From Escherichia coli (GTDB lineage: Bacteria; Pseudomonadota; Gammaproteobacteria; Enterobacterales; Enterobacteriaceae): a stretch of DNA of 57,197 nt. Shown piece by piece: positions 19,168 through 33,533 of the stretch. The DNA lies in the NCBI RefSeq assembly GCF_003334385.1, contig NZ_QOWN01000030.1; one strand, given 5' to 3'. The first letter of the stretch is position 1. Each line of letters starts with the position of its first letter. The position numbers and the translations under genes are program-made. The notes under the pieces are model-generated. The model was given only the letters and a program-made list of their open reading frames with translations. It had not been told where the DNA came from and ran no database searches.

Positions 19168-20399
19168 GTGATGAAAGACGTTGTGATTGTCGGGGCGTTA
19201 CGGACACCTATCGGCTGCTTTCGTGGTGCGTTAGCGGGTCATTCCGCCGTGGAACTTGGTAGTCTGGTCGTGAAAGCGTTAATAGAACGTACCGGCGTTC
19301 CTGCATATGCGGTGGATGAAGTAATTCTTGGTCAGGTGTTGACTGCAGGGGCAGGGCAGAATCCGGCAAGGCAATTGGTCAGGTGTTGACTGCAGGGGCA
19401 GGGCAGAATCCGGCAAGGCAATCGGCTATTAAAGGTGGTCTGCCTAATAGCGTTTCTGCAATCACTATTAATGACGTTTGCGGTTCCGGGCTTAAAGCAC
19501 TGCATCTGGCTACTCAGGCGATACAGTGTGGCGAGGCTGATATTGTCATCGCCGGTGGCCAGGAAAACATGAGCCGCGCACCACATGTTCTGACTGATAG
19601 CCGCACCGGTGCACAGCTTGGCAATAGCCAGTTGGTTGACAGTCTTGTGCATGATGGGTTGTGGGATGCCTTCAATGATTATCATATTGGTGTCACCGCC
19701 GAAAATCTGGCTCGCGAATATGGCATCAGCCGTCAGTTGCAGGATGCTTACGCACTTAGCTCGCAACAAAAAGCGCGAGCGGCGATTGACGCCGGACGAT
19801 TTAAAGATGAGATCGTCCCGGTAATGACCCAAAGTAACGGGCAGACGTTGGTTGTTGATACCGATGAACAGCCACGCACTGACGCCAGCGCAGAAGGCTT
19901 AGCCCGTTTAAATCCTTCATTTGATAGTCTCGGTTCTGTGACAGCGGGTAATGCATCATCCATAAACGATGGCGCAGCTGCGGTAATGATGATGAGCGAA
20001 GCCAAAGCACGAGCGTTGAATTTACCCGTGCTGGCCCGCATTCGCGCATTTGCCAGCGTTGGTGTAGATCCGGCATTGATGGGAATTGCGCCGGTGTATG
20101 CGACCCGCCGTTGCCTGGAGCGTGTAGGCTGGCAGTTGGCTGAAGTCGATCTTATCGAGGCTAATGAAGCGTTTGCTGCACAGGCGCTTTCGGTTGGCAA
20201 GATGCTTGAGTGGGATGAGCGTCGGGTCAATGTCAATGGTGGCGCGATCGCACTCGGTCACCCGATAGGCGCTTCCGGTTGCCGAATCCTGGTTTCTCTG
20301 GTTCATGAAATGGTGAAACGTAATGCCCGCAAAGGACTGGCAACGCTTTGTATCGGCGGGGGCCAGGGTGTGGCATTGACCATTGAACGTGACGAATAG
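19168..20399 (+). pseudogene. yqeF: acetyl-CoA C-acetyltransferase (thiolase), disrupted by a 47-bp tandem duplication
   Basis: The two ORFs 19168-19389 and 19383-20399 together form a thiolase (MKDVVIVGALRTPIGCFRGALAG...active-site regions...GGGQGVALTIERDE). The reading frame breaks where the peptide LGQVLTAGAGQNPARQ is encoded twice. Confidence 0.85.
19328..19421. repeat. perfect direct tandem duplication, 2 x 47 bp (19328-19374 and 19375-19421)
   Basis: The unit ttggtcaggtgttgactgcaggggcagggcagaatccggcaaggcaa is present twice back to back. 47 is not a multiple of 3. Confidence 0.9.
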
Positions 20400-20621
20400 C
20401 TCTGCATTTCCTCCTTACCGATAAATATCTGCCGTCATTAATCTGTTGAATAATGATGGCTGGCAAGTCGACATACATTTTCTGGGCTCCCTCATTTTTC
20501 CATTCTCATGACATATTCGTGATCGACACTGCACTTTTTTTAATCCTTAATTTAAAAATGAAATATTGTTTTATTTTTAATTGAAAACCCTAGCCCATGG
20601 GCATATCATCCCTTTATAGAG

Positions 20622-20643
20622 AAAACGAAACAGTGTTTCACTA
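20622..20643. promoter_or_regulatory. putative KdgR operator upstream of kduI
   Basis: aaaacGAAACAgTGTTTCActat contains the inverted repeat GAAACA-N-TGTTTC, typical of KdgR boxes, about 45-65 bp upstream of the kduI start. Confidence 0.5.
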
Positions 20644-20685
20644 TCGTTTTCTATTTTCACGCTTCACTGATTATCGGAGGTTGAT

Positions 20686-21522
20686 GTGGACGTAAGACAG
20701 AGCATCCACAGTGCGCACGCAAAAACGCTGGATACCCAAGGGCTGCGCAATGAATTTTTGGTTGAAAAGGTATTTGTCGCCGATGAGTACACCATGGTTT
20801 ACAGCCACATTGACCGAATTATTGTTGGCGGCATTATGCCGATAACTAAAACGGTTTCCGTTGGCGGGGAAGTTGGTAAACAACTCGGCGTAAGCTATTT
20901 CCTTGAACGTCGCGAGTTAGGTGTTATCAATATTGGCGGTGCCGGTACGATTACTGTCGATGGCCAATGCTATGAAATCGGTCACCGCGACGCCCTGTAT
21001 GTTGGTAAAGGTGCAAAAGAAGTTGTCTTTGCCAGTATTGATACCGGCACTCCGGCGAAGTTTTATTACAATTGCGCACCCGCGCATACGACGTATCCCA
21101 CCAAAAAAGTCACACCGGACGAAGTATCTCCAGTCACGTTAGGCGATAACCTCACCAGTAACCGTCGCACGATTAACAAATATTTTGTCCCGGATGTACT
21201 GGAAACCTGCCAATTGAGTATGGGGCTGACGGAGCTGGCTCCGGGTAACTTGTGGAACACCATGCCGTGTCACACCCACGAGCGCCGGATGGAAGTTTAT
21301 TTCTATTTCAATATGGATGATGACGCCTGCGTTTTCCACATGATGGGGCAGCCGCAAGAAACGCGTCATATTGTGATGCATAACGAGCAGGCGGTGATCT
21401 CCCCGAGCTGGTCGATCCATTCCGGTGTCGGAACCAAAGCTTATACCTTTATCTGGGGCATGGTCGGTGAAAACCAGGTCTTTGATGATATGGACCATGT
21501 GGCCGTTAAAGATTTGCGCTAG
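20686..21522 (+). CDS. kduI: 5-dehydro-4-deoxy-D-glucuronate isomerase
   Basis: 278-aa ORF recognised as KduI (cupin fold); followed 30 bp later by kduD. Confidence 0.9.
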
Positions 21523-21551
21523 TTGTGGGCATAAACGAATAAGGTATTGTT

Positions 21552-22313
21552 ATGATTTTAAGTGCATTTTCTCTCGAAGGTAAAGTTGCGGTCGTCACTG
21601 GTTGTGATACTGGACTGGGTCAGGGGATGGCGTTGGGGCTGGCGCAAGCGGGCTGTGACATTGTTGGCATTAACATCGTTGAACCGACTGAAACCATCGA
21701 GCAGGTCACAGCGCTGGGGCGTCGTTTTTTAAGCCTGACCGCCGATCTGCGAAAGATTGATGGTATTCCAGCACTGCTGGATCGCGCGGTAGCGGAGTTT
21801 GGTCATATTGATATCCTGGTGAATAACGCCGGATTGATTCGCCGCGAAGATGCTCTCGAGTTCAGCGAAAAGGACTGGGACGATGTCATGAACCTGAATA
21901 TCAAGAGCGTATTCTTCATGTCTCAGGCAGCGGCGAAACACTTTATCGCGCAAGGCAATGGCGGCAAGATTATCAATATCGCGTCAATGCTCTCCTTCCA
22001 GGGCGGGATCCGTGTGCCTTCTTATACCGCATCAAAAAGCGGCGTGATGGGTGTGACGCGATTGATGGCGAACGAATGGGCTAAACACAACATTAATGTT
22101 AATGCGATAGCCCCGGGTTACATGGCGACCAACAATACTCAACAACTACGGGCAGATGAACAACGTAGCGCGGAAATTCTCGACCGCATTCCAGCTGGTC
22201 GTTGGGGACTGCCGAGTGACCTGATGGGGCCGATAGTGTTCCTTGCCTCCAGCGCTTCAGATTATGTGAATGGTTATACCATTGCCGTGGATGGCGGTTG
22301 GCTGGCGCGTTAA
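21552..22313 (+). CDS. kduD: 2-dehydro-3-deoxy-D-gluconate 5-dehydrogenase (short-chain dehydrogenase/reductase)
   Basis: 253-aa SDR with the N-terminal TGxxxGxG NAD-binding motif (VVTGCDTGLGQG) and a YxxxK active site. Confidence 0.9.
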   Translation: MILSAFSLEGKVAVVTGCDTGLGQGMALGLAQAGCDIVGINIVEPTETIEQVTALGRRFLSLTADLRKIDGIPALLDRAVAEFGHIDILVNNAGLIRREDALEFSEKDWDDVMNLNIKSVFFMSQAAAKHFIAQGNGGKIINIASMLSFQGGIRVPSYTASKSGVMGVTRLMANEWAKHNINVNAIAPGYMATNNTQQLRADEQRSAEILDRIPAGRWGLPSDLMGPIVFLASSASDYVNGYTIAVDGGWLAR

Positions 22314-22335
22314 TTCATTCTTCTTACTTTTATGA

Positions 22336-22359
22336 CCCTGCCGCATGGCAGGGTTTTTT
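22336..22359 (+). terminator. rho-independent terminator after kduD
   Basis: Hairpin ccctgcc-gcat-ggcaggg followed by a T-run. Confidence 0.7.
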
Positions 22360-22536
22360 ATACCTGTAGATCATCATAATCCATATCATGGTTATGAAAT
22401 AATCCATATTAATTATCAATTAATGAACTTTATGAATTTTATCTGCTGTAAAATTAGGTGGTTAATAATAATCTCAATAATTCAACTTAATTTGAAAATT
22501 GGAATATCCATCACATAACGACATGTCGCAGCAATT

Positions 22537-22558
22537 TAATCCATATTTATGCTGTTTC
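22537..22558 (+). promoter_or_regulatory. putative AraC-type binding repeat in the araE promoter region
   Basis: Repeated AATCCATAT motifs lie upstream of araE (22377-, 22400-, 22537-); the last is followed by tttatgctgtttcc. Assignment is from pattern only. Confidence 0.3.
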
Positions 22559-22627
22559 CGACCTGACACCTGCGTGAGTTGTTCACGTATTTTTTCACTA
22601 TGTCTTACTCTCTGCTGGCAGGAAAAA

Positions 22628-24046
22628 ATGGTTACTATCAATACGGAATCTGCTTTAACGCCACGTTCTTTGCGGGATACGCGGCGTATGAATATGTTTG
22701 TTTCGGTAGCTGCTGCGGTCGCAGGATTGTTATTTGGTCTTGATATCGGCGTAATCGCCGGAGCGTTGCCGTTCATTACCGATCACTTTGTGCTGACCAG
22801 TCGTTTGCAGGAATGGGTGGTTAGTAGCATGATGCTCGGTGCAGCAATTGGTGCGCTGTTTAATGGTTGGCTGTCGTTCCGCCTGGGGCGTAAATACAGC
22901 CTGATGGCGGGGGCCATCCTGTTTGTACTCGGTTCTATAGGGTCCGCTTTTGCGACCAGCGTAGAGATGTTAATCGCCGCTCGTGTGGTGCTGGGCATTG
23001 CTGTCGGGATCGCGTCTTACACCGCTCCTCTGTATCTTTCTGAAATGGCAAGTGAAAACGTTCGCGGTAAGATGATCAGTATGTACCAGTTGATGGTCAC
23101 ACTCGGCATCGTGCTGGCGTTTTTATCCGATACAGCGTTCAGTTATAGCGGTAACTGGCGCGCAATGTTGGGGGTTCTTGCTTTACCAGCAGTTCTGCTG
23201 ATTATTCTGGTAGTCTTCCTGCCAAATAGCCCGCGCTGGCTGGCGGAAAAGGGGCGTCATATTGAGGCGGAAGAAGTATTGCGTATGCTGCGCGATACGT
23301 CGGAAAAAGCGCGAGAAGAACTCAACGAAATTCGTGAAAGCCTGAAGTTAAAACAGGGCGGTTGGGCACTGTTTAAGATCAACCGTAACGTCCGTCGTGC
23401 TGTGTTTCTCGGTATGTTGTTGCAGGCGATGCAGCAGTTTACCGGTATGAACATCATCATGTACTACGCGCCGCGTATCTTCAAAATGGCGGGCTTTACG
23501 ACCACAGAACAACAGATGATTGCGACTCTGGTCGTAGGGCTGACCTTTATGTTCGCCACCTTTATTGCGGTGTTTACGGTAGATAAAGCAGGGCGTAAAC
23601 CGGCTCTGAAAATTGGTTTCAGCGTGATGGCGTTAGGCACTCTGGTGCTGGGCTATTGCCTGATGCAGTTTGATAACGGTACGGCTTCCAGTGGCTTGTC
23701 CTGGCTCTCTGTTGGCATGACGATGATGTGTATTGCCGGTTATGCGATGAGCGCCGCGCCAGTGGTGTGGATCCTGTGCTCTGAAATTCAGCCGCTGAAA
23801 TGCCGCGATTTCGGTATTACCTGTTCGACCACCACGAACTGGGTGTCGAATATGATTATCGGCGCGACCTTCCTGACACTGCTTGATAGCATTGGCGCTG
23901 CCGGTACGTTCTGGCTCTACACTGCGCTGAACATTGCGTTTGTGGGCATTACTTTCTGGCTCATTCCGGAAACCAAAAATGTCACGCTGGAACATATCGA
24001 ACGCAAACTGATGGCAGGCGAGAAGTTGAGAAATATCGGCGTCTGA
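22628..24046 (+). CDS. araE: arabinose:H+ symporter (MFS sugar porter)
   Basis: 472 aa from the ATG at 22628 ([31 protein letters not shown]...), a 12-TM MFS sugar transporter. The longer ORF-track start at 22499 is rejected. Confidence 0.9.
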   Translation: MVTINTESALTPRSLRDTRRMNMFVSVAAAVAGLLFGLDIGVIAGALPFITDHFVLTSRLQEWVVSSMMLGAAIGALFNGWLSFRLGRKYSLMAGAILFVLGSIGSAFATSVEMLIAARVVLGIAVGIASYTAPLYLSEMASENVRGKMISMYQLMVTLGIVLAFLSDTAFSYSGNWRAMLGVLALPAVLLIILVVFLPNSPRWLAEKGRHIEAEEVLRMLRDTSEKAREELNEIRESLKLKQGGWALFKINRNVRRAVFLGMLLQAMQQFTGMNIIMYYAPRIFKMAGFTTTEQQMIATLVVGLTFMFATFIAVFTVDKAGRKPALKIGFSVMALGTLVLGYCLMQFDNGTASSGLSWLSVGMTMMCIAGYAMSAAPVVWILCSEIQPLKCRDFGITCSTTTNWVSNMIIGATFLTLLDSIGAAGTFWLYTALNIAFVGITFWLIPETKNVTLEHIERKLMAGEKLRNIGV

Positions 24047-24174
24047 TTTCACGGGCCGGATGTGCTGTACATCCGGCCCTTTTTTCGTTAATAGAGATTG
24101 GGCACTTGGCCGTTGAGGCGTTTGTCTCGTTCCTTATTCAGCCTTGTTGCGGTAACACACATCAGGAGAGAGGA

Positions 24175-24861
24175 ATGAAAACAATTGGTTTGCTGGGAGG
24201 AATGAGCTGGGAATCCACCATTCCTTACTATCGTTTGATAAATGAAGGCATTAAACAGCGGCTTGGTGGGCTTCACTCTGCGCAAGTGCTGCTACATAGC
24301 GTCGATTTTCATGAAATAGAAGAGTGCCAGCGTCGCGGGGAATGGGATAAAACCGGGGACATTCTGGCTGAGGCGGCGCTTGGCTTACAGCGGGCGGGCG
24401 CAGAAGGTATTGTGTTATGTACCAATACGATGCATAAAGTGGCGGATGCCATTGAGTCACGTTGCACTCTGCCTTTCTTACACATTGCGGATGCCACCGG
24501 ACGTGCAATTACCGGGGCCGGAATGACTCGTGTGGCGCTGCTGGGTACGCGTTACACCATGGAACAGGATTTTTATCGCGGGCGGCTGACGGAACAATTT
24601 TCCATCAATTGTCTTATTCCTGAAGCGGATGAACGGGCGAAAATTAATCAGATTATTTTTGAAGAACTGTGTCTGGGGCAATTTACCGAAGCGTCACGCG
24701 CTTATTATGCGCAAGTGATTGCTCGCCTTGCAGAACAGGGCGCACAGGGCGTCGGCTGCACAGAAATTGGTTTACTGGTGCCAGAAGAGCGCAGTGTTTT
24801 GCCTGTGTTTGATACCGCGGCGATCCATGCCGAGGATGCTGTCGCTTTTATGCTGTCGTAG
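24175..24861 (+). CDS. ygeA: Asp/Glu/hydantoin racemase-family protein (amino-acid racemase)
   Basis: Starts [19 protein letters not shown] (ATG 24175) and has the conserved racemase motifs; the ORF-track start at 24106 is an upstream extension. Confidence 0.8.
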   Translation: MKTIGLLGGMSWESTIPYYRLINEGIKQRLGGLHSAQVLLHSVDFHEIEECQRRGEWDKTGDILAEAALGLQRAGAEGIVLCTNTMHKVADAIESRCTLPFLHIADATGRAITGAGMTRVALLGTRYTMEQDFYRGRLTEQFSINCLIPEADERAKINQIIFEELCLGQFTEASRAYYAQVIARLAEQGAQGVGCTEIGLLVPEERSVLPVFDTAAIHAEDAVAFMLS

Positions 24862-25783
24862 CTGACGACAAAATAGCGTCAAGAGAAGTGACCAGTTTCG
24901 GTAACCCCGCTTGTAAATGCCCACTAAACGCCTGAACCAGCGCTGATGACGGGCGGTGCAGGGGGCGGATCAGGCTGACGGTGAACGGAACCGCAATACT
25001 GAACCGCCGCACCACTAAACCGCTTGCCGCATAATCTAGTGCGGTGAGCGGGTTAACCACCGAAACACCTACCCCCGCCCGTACCATTGCGCAGACTGAC
25101 GCGGCGCTGTGGGTTTCTACGATCATGCGTCGTTTAACCTGATGTTCAGTAAATAGCTGATCCAGCAACTGGCGATAGCTGTCAGTACGGGAAAGGCTGA
25201 TGTAGTTCTCACCCTGAAAATCATCCGGCGTTAATACCTTTTTTACCGCCAGCGGATGACCCGGAGGTAACACACACACTTCATCTAAAGAGAGTAATTC
25301 GGTACGTTCTGTTCCCGCAGGCGTATGGAGCGTTTCAGTGAGTCCTAAATCATGACGCTGGGCCGAGAGCCACTCTTCAAGTAGCGGTGATTCCTGGGGC
25401 ACGATATTTAAGCTGACATCGGGATAACGTGCCAGAAAGGGTTGCAGGAGCTGCGGTAAAAAAGATTGCGAAAAGACCGGCAGGCAGGCAATAGACAGTT
25501 CTCCCTGGCGAAACTCGCGCAGACTTTCTGCGGCGCTGACAATGCGATCCAGTCCGTACCAGGATCGTTGCACTTCTTCAAACAGACGCAGTCCTTGCAC
25601 GGTAGGATGTAATCGCCCACGTACGCGCTCAAACAATTTCAGCTCGATCACCTTCTCAAAGCGCGCAAGTTCGCGGCTGACGGTTGGCTGTGAGGTGTGT
25701 AGCAGGTGTGCCGCCTCAGTCAGGCTTCCGGCGGTCATTACCGCATGAAAAATTTCAATATGACGTAAGTTAACGGCGGCCAT
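24848..25783 (-). CDS. lysR: LysR-type transcriptional activator of lysA
   Basis: 311 aa with an N-terminal LTTR HTH ([43 protein letters not shown]). Divergent from lysA. Confidence 0.9.
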   Translation of the reverse strand: MAAVNLRHIEIFHAVMTAGSLTEAAHLLHTSQPTVSRELARFEKVIELKLFERVRGRLHPTVQGLRLFEEVQRSWYGLDRIVSAAESLREFRQGELSIACLPVFSQSFLPQLLQPFLARYPDVSLNIVPQESPLLEEWLSAQRHDLGLTETLHTPAGTERTELLSLDEVCVLPPGHPLAVKKVLTPDDFQGENYISLSRTDSYRQLLDQLFTEHQVKRRMIVETHSAASVCAMVRAGVGVSVVNPLTALDYAASGLVVRRFSIAVPFTVSLIRPLHRPSSALVQAFSGHLQAGLPKLVTSLDAILSSATTA

Positions 25784-25904
25784 TAGCGCTCTCTCGCAAT
25801 CCGGTAATCCATATCATTTTTGCATAGACTCGACATAAATCGATATTTTTTATTCTTTTTATGATGTGGCGTAATCATAAAAAAGCACTTATCTGGAGTT
25901 TGTT

Positions 25905-27167
25905 ATGCCACATTCACTGTTCAGCACCGATACCGATCTCACCGCCGAAAATCTGCTGCGTTTGCCCGCTGAATTTGGCTGCCCGGTGTGGGTCTACGAT
26001 GCGCAAATTATTCGTCGGCAGATTGCAGCGCTGAAACAGTTTGATGTGGTGCGCTTTGCACAGAAAGCCTGTTCCAATATTCATATTTTGCGCTTAATGC
26101 GTGAGCAGGGCGTGAAAGTGGATTCCGTCTCGTTAGGCGAAATAGAGCGTGCGTTGGCGGCGGGTTACAATCCGCAAACGCACCCCGATGATATTGTTTT
26201 TACGGCAGATGTTATCGATCAGGCGACGCTTGAACGCGTCAGTGAATTGCAAATTCCGGTGAATGCGGGTTCTGTTGATATGCTCGACCAACTGGGCCAG
26301 GTTTCGCCAGGGCATCGGGTATGGCTGCGCGTTAATCCGGGGTTTGGTCACGGACATAGCCAAAAAACCAATACCGGTGGCGAAAACAGCAAGCACGGTA
26401 TCTGGTACACCGATCTGCCCGCCGCACTGGACGTGATACAACGTCATCATCTGCAGCTGGTCGGCATTCACATGCACATTGGTTCTGGCGTTGATTATGC
26501 CCATCTGGAACAGGTGTGTGGTGCTATGGTGCGTCAGGTCATCGAATTCGGTCAGGATTTACAGGCTATTTCTGCGGGCGGTGGGCTTTCTGTTCCTTAT
26601 CAACAGGGTGAAGAGGCGGTTGATACCGAACATTATTATGGTCTGTGGAATGCCGCGCGTGAGCAAATCGCCCGCCATTTGGGCCACCCTGTGAAACTGG
26701 AAATTGAACCGGGTCGCTTCCTGGTAGCGCAGTCTGGCGTATTAATTACTCAGGTGCGGAGCGTCAAACAAATGGGGAGCCGCCACTTTGTGCTGGTTGA
26801 TGCCGGGTTCAACGATCTGATGCGCCCGGCAATGTACGGTAGTTACCACCATATCAGTGCCCTGGCAGCTGATGGTCGTTCTCTGGAACACGCGCCAACG
26901 GTGGAAACCGTCGTCGCCGGACCGTTATGTGAATCGGGCGATGTCTTTACCCAGCAGGAAGGGGGAAATGTTGAAACCCGCGCCTTGCCGGAAGTGAAGG
27001 CAGGTGATTATCTGGTACTGCATGATACAGGGGCATATGGCGCATCAATGTCATCCAACTACAATAGCCGTCCGCTGTTACCAGAAGTTCTGTTTGATAA
27101 TGGTCAGGCGCGGTTGATTCGCCGTCGCCAGACCATCGAAGAATTACTGGCGCTGGAATTGCTTTAA
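25905..27167 (+). CDS. lysA: diaminopimelate decarboxylase
   Basis: 420-aa PLP-dependent decarboxylase (fold-type III), divergent from lysR. Confidence 0.9.
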   Translation: MPHSLFSTDTDLTAENLLRLPAEFGCPVWVYDAQIIRRQIAALKQFDVVRFAQKACSNIHILRLMREQGVKVDSVSLGEIERALAAGYNPQTHPDDIVFTADVIDQATLERVSELQIPVNAGSVDMLDQLGQVSPGHRVWLRVNPGFGHGHSQKTNTGGENSKHGIWYTDLPAALDVIQRHHLQLVGIHMHIGSGVDYAHLEQVCGAMVRQVIEFGQDLQAISAGGGLSVPYQQGEEAVDTEHYYGLWNAAREQIARHLGHPVKLEIEPGRFLVAQSGVLITQVRSVKQMGSRHFVLVDAGFNDLMRPAMYGSYHHISALAADGRSLEHAPTVETVVAGPLCESGDVFTQQEGGNVETRALPEVKAGDYLVLHDTGAYGASMSSNYNSRPLLPEVLFDNGQARLIRRRQTIEELLALELL

Positions 27168-27173
27168 CTGCGG

Positions 27174-28205
27174 TTAGTCGCTGGTTGCATGATGACTTGC
27201 CTCCAGCGACGGAGTTGACACTGAATGACGACGTACCAGCGTCGGACTAAAGACATTAGTGATTTCCGGGAGAGGGCGATTATCCGCCAGCGCCAAAGCC
27301 AGTTCGGCAGCCTGGGTCGCCATCGTCACGATTGGGTAACGCACGGTGGTCAGGCGCGGACGCACATAGCGTGACACCAGCACATCATCAAAGCCAATTA
27401 ACGAAATCTCACCCGGTACATCAATACCATTATCATTGAGAACGCCCATCGCACCCGCCGCCATTGAATCGTTATAACAGGCTACCGCAGTGAAATTTCT
27501 TCCTCGTCCCAAAAGCTCGGTCATTGCCTGTTCGCCGCCGCTTTCGTCTGGTTCGCCAAATGTCACCAGCCGGTCATTGGCCGCAATACCACTTTCAGCA
27601 AGGGCATCGTAATACCCTTGCAGACGATCTTCGGCGTCAGAAATAGAGTGGTTAGAGCACAGATAACCAATGCGGGTATGACCTTGCTGAATTAAATGAC
27701 GCGTTGCCAGCCAGGCACCGTAACGATCGTCCAGAGCAATACAACGGTTTTCAAAGCCAGGCAGGATACGGTTGATCAGCACCATACCGGGCATTTGTTT
27801 CATTAATGAGGCTAAATCAGCATCCGGGATCATTTTGGCATGGACGACCAACGCAGCACAGCGATGGCGGATCAGTTGCTCAATGGCCTGACGCTCTTTT
27901 TGTTCGTTGTGGTAACCGTTGCCAATCAATAAAAAATTACCGGTGTGATAAGCCACCTGTTCGACCGCTTTCACCATTGCACCGAAAAACGGATCGGAAA
28001 CATCACCAACGACCAGACCGACCGTTTCAGTGGTCTGCTGCGCCAGCGCACGGGCGTTGGCGTTCGGGTGATAGCTAAGAGACTCCATTGCACTATGCAC
28101 AGCCAGCCGGGAAGCTTCGCTGGCTTTGGGTGAATTATTAATGACGCGGGAAACGGTGGCGACTGAAACGCCTGCCAGTCGGGCTACATCCTTTATGGTC
28201 GCCAT
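27174..28205 (-). CDS. galR: LacI-family galactose repressor
   Basis: 343 aa with N-terminal LacI-type HTH (MATIKDVARLAGVSVATVSRVINNSPKASEASR). Confidence 0.9.
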   Translation of the reverse strand: MATIKDVARLAGVSVATVSRVINNSPKASEASRLAVHSAMESLSYHPNANARALAQQTTETVGLVVGDVSDPFFGAMVKAVEQVAYHTGNFLLIGNGYHNEQKERQAIEQLIRHRCAALVVHAKMIPDADLASLMKQMPGMVLINRILPGFENRCIALDDRYGAWLATRHLIQQGHTRIGYLCSNHSISDAEDRLQGYYDALAESGIAANDRLVTFGEPDESGGEQAMTELLGRGRNFTAVACYNDSMAAGAMGVLNDNGIDVPGEISLIGFDDVLVSRYVRPRLTTVRYPIVTMATQAAELALALADNRPLPEITNVFSPTLVRRHSVSTPSLEASHHATSD

Positions 28206-28418
28206 GAAAATACCTTAGTGGGTAAACGCTTACATTCTTTCAGTGTTACGGAAAACGCCCGTTGGTTCAAGGGGTGGCGTGTTTTCATCGTGGGAATGTG
28301 AGCCAAACGCAAATAAGTAAGACAAAAAAAGAGATTGCAAACCTTTGGTTACACTTTGCGAAACGCTGTTGCGATTGACCGCTGGTGGCGTTTGGCTTCA
28401 GGTTGCTAAAGTGGTGAT

Positions 28419-28500
28419 CCCAGAGGTATTGATAGGTGAAGTCAACTTCGGGTTGAGCACATGAATTACACCAGCCTGCGCAGATGCGCAGGTTTTTTTT
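28419..28500 (+). ncRNA. omrB: Hfq-dependent small RNA OmrB (RygB)
   Basis: Starts CCCAGAGGTATTGATAGGTGAAGTCAACTTCGGG... and ends in the terminator hairpin CCTGCGCAGATGCGCAGG plus T8; 82 nt. Matches the known OmrB sequence from memory. Confidence 0.85.
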
Positions 28501-28614
28501 GCCGGTCATCAATCTGTAACAGTAACCGACAATTTACACACCTCGTTGCATTTCCCTTCATTCCTTTGCGTTTTCTCGCTGGCGAAGAGTCGTCGTGCAG
28601 ACCACAATCAAGAT

Positions 28615-28702
28615 CCCAGAGGTATTGATTGGTGAGATTATTCGGTACGCTCTTCGTACCCTGTCTCTTGCACCAACCTGCGCGGATGCGCAGGTTTTTT
28701 TT
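28615..28702 (+). ncRNA. omrA: Hfq-dependent small RNA OmrA (RygA)
   Basis: Starts CCCAGAGGTATTGATTGGTGAGATTATTCGGTACGC... and ends in the terminator hairpin CCTGCGCGGATGCGCAGG plus T-run; 88 nt. Shares 5' and 3' ends with OmrB. Confidence 0.85.
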
Positions 28703-28768
28703 CGCACCTAATTTACTGTCGCTCGCGTTCTTTATCTCGTGTAATCTCCCTCCATTCGCTTTTACTGA

Positions 28769-32135
<3,367 letters not shown>

Positions 32136-32140
32136 TATTT

Positions 32141-32162
32141 AACGCCGGTTTTAACCGGCGTT
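32141..32162. terminator. bidirectional hairpin between convergent lplT and tas
   Basis: Perfect inverted repeat aacgccggtt/aaccggcgtt. Confidence 0.6.
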
Positions 32163-32166
32163 AATC

Positions 32167-33207
32167 TTATGGTGCCGGATAAGTATAAACCTGATGCACC
32201 GCTTCAATTTCAGCTAATACGTCTTCGCTTAACTCCAGATGCAAACTTTCGATGTTAGTTTTCAGCTGATCCATCGTGGTTGCGCCCAGCAGAGTGCTGG
32301 CAACAAACGGTTGACGGCGTACAAACGCGAGCGCCATCTGAGCAGGGTCCAGGCCATGACGTCTGGCGATATCAACATACGCCGCGACGGCTTTTTGCGT
32401 TTGCTCACCGCTATAGCGGGTGAACCGACTAAAGAGCGTATTACGTGCGCCAGCGGGTTTTGCACCATTGAGATATTTCCCGGTCAGCGTGCCGAAACCC
32501 AGGCACGAATAGGCCAGCAGTTCGACCCCTTCATACTGGCTGACTTCTGCCAGACCTACTTCAAAACTGCGGTTTAACAGACTGTAAGGGTTCTGAATGG
32601 TGACAATACGCGGCAGATCGTGTTTGTCCGCCAGATGCAGGTAGCGCATTACGCCAAATGCAGTTTCGTTCGACACGCCGATATAACGAATTTTTCCCGC
32701 GCGTTGGTACTCTGCCAGTGCGTCCAGCGTATCCAGCAGCGAAACCGCAGGCGCAGAATCCGTCCAGCTATAACCGAGTTTGCCGAAGCAGTTGGTCGGG
32801 CGCTGCGGCCAGTGCACCTGATAAAGATCGAGGTAATCAGTCTGTAGGCGCTTGAGGCTGTCATGCAGCGCTTCGCGGATATTCTTCCGATCCAGCGCCT
32901 GATCCGGGCGGATGCCCTTGTCATTATTGCGCGACGGTCCGCTCACTTTGGAGGCGATAATTAACTTTTCGCGGCTGCCATGTTTCGCCAGCCAGTTGCC
33001 GACGTAGGTTTCGGTTAACCCTTGCGTTTCGGGGCGCGGAGGTACTGGGTACATTTCGGCAACGTCGATAAGGTTAATGCCCTGAGCGACGGCATAGTCG
33101 AGTTGTGCGTGGGCGTCGGCTTCGCTGTTCTGTTCACCAAACGTCATCGTGCCAAGCCCCAGCGTGCTGACTTCCAGCGAACTGTGGGGTATACGGTGAT
33201 ATTGCAT
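32167..33207 (-). CDS. tas: NADP(H)-dependent aldo-keto reductase
   Basis: 346-aa AKR-family protein (MQYHRIPHSSLEVSTLGLGTMTFGEQNSEADAHAQLDYAVAQGINLIDVAEMYP...). Confidence 0.9.
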   Translation of the reverse strand: MQYHRIPHSSLEVSTLGLGTMTFGEQNSEADAHAQLDYAVAQGINLIDVAEMYPVPPRPETQGLTETYVGNWLAKHGSREKLIIASKVSGPSRNNDKGIRPDQALDRKNIREALHDSLKRLQTDYLDLYQVHWPQRPTNCFGKLGYSWTDSAPAVSLLDTLDALAEYQRAGKIRYIGVSNETAFGVMRYLHLADKHDLPRIVTIQNPYSLLNRSFEVGLAEVSQYEGVELLAYSCLGFGTLTGKYLNGAKPAGARNTLFSRFTRYSGEQTQKAVAAYVDIARRHGLDPAQMALAFVRRQPFVASTLLGATTMDQLKTNIESLHLELSEDVLAEIEAVHQVYTYPAP

Positions 33208-33314
33208 AGCCGTTTCCTTTTTATAATCACGACATAAGGAATATAAAAATGGCAGAGGGAAGGGAAAAGGGAAAGAGAAAAATCTTAAGGCCAGCCGGAT
33301 GCTGACCTTATTTG

Positions 33315-33533
33315 TTAACGTTCAATAATTTGCGAAACATCATCACGGTTAATTTGCATCGCGTTACCTTGCTGATCGTGATAACTCACCAGCCCGGTAT
33401 CATCATCAATTTCAGGTTTTCCATCGGTCAAAATCATACGGCCATCTTTGGTCGCCATGACGTAATCACTGGAACACCCGGAAACAGCAAACGCCAGTCC
33501 GACTGCAGAAATTATTACTGCCCATTTTTTCAT
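33315..33533 (-). CDS. ygdR: small lipoprotein
   Basis: 72 aa with signal peptide and lipobox ([20 protein letters not shown]). Confidence 0.7.

Noticed and set aside
19332..20478. Several 80-166-aa minus-strand ORFs (19332-19832, 19748-20236, 19801-20076, 20022-20306, 20233-20478) inside yqeF
   Set aside because: They lie antisense to a well-supported thiolase coding sequence and have no recognisable domains. Typical spurious open frames in GC-balanced coding DNA.
20551..20580. Second KdgR-like site (aaaaatgaaatattgttttatttttaa) upstream of kduI
   Set aside because: It contains a TGAAA half-site but the inverted-repeat symmetry is poor, so it is not called as a feature.
22499..22627. Upstream extension of araE to the ORF-track start at 22499
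   Set aside because: The extension ([26 protein letters not shown]...) is not transporter-like and runs through the promoter region; the ATG at 22628 gives the expected N-terminus.
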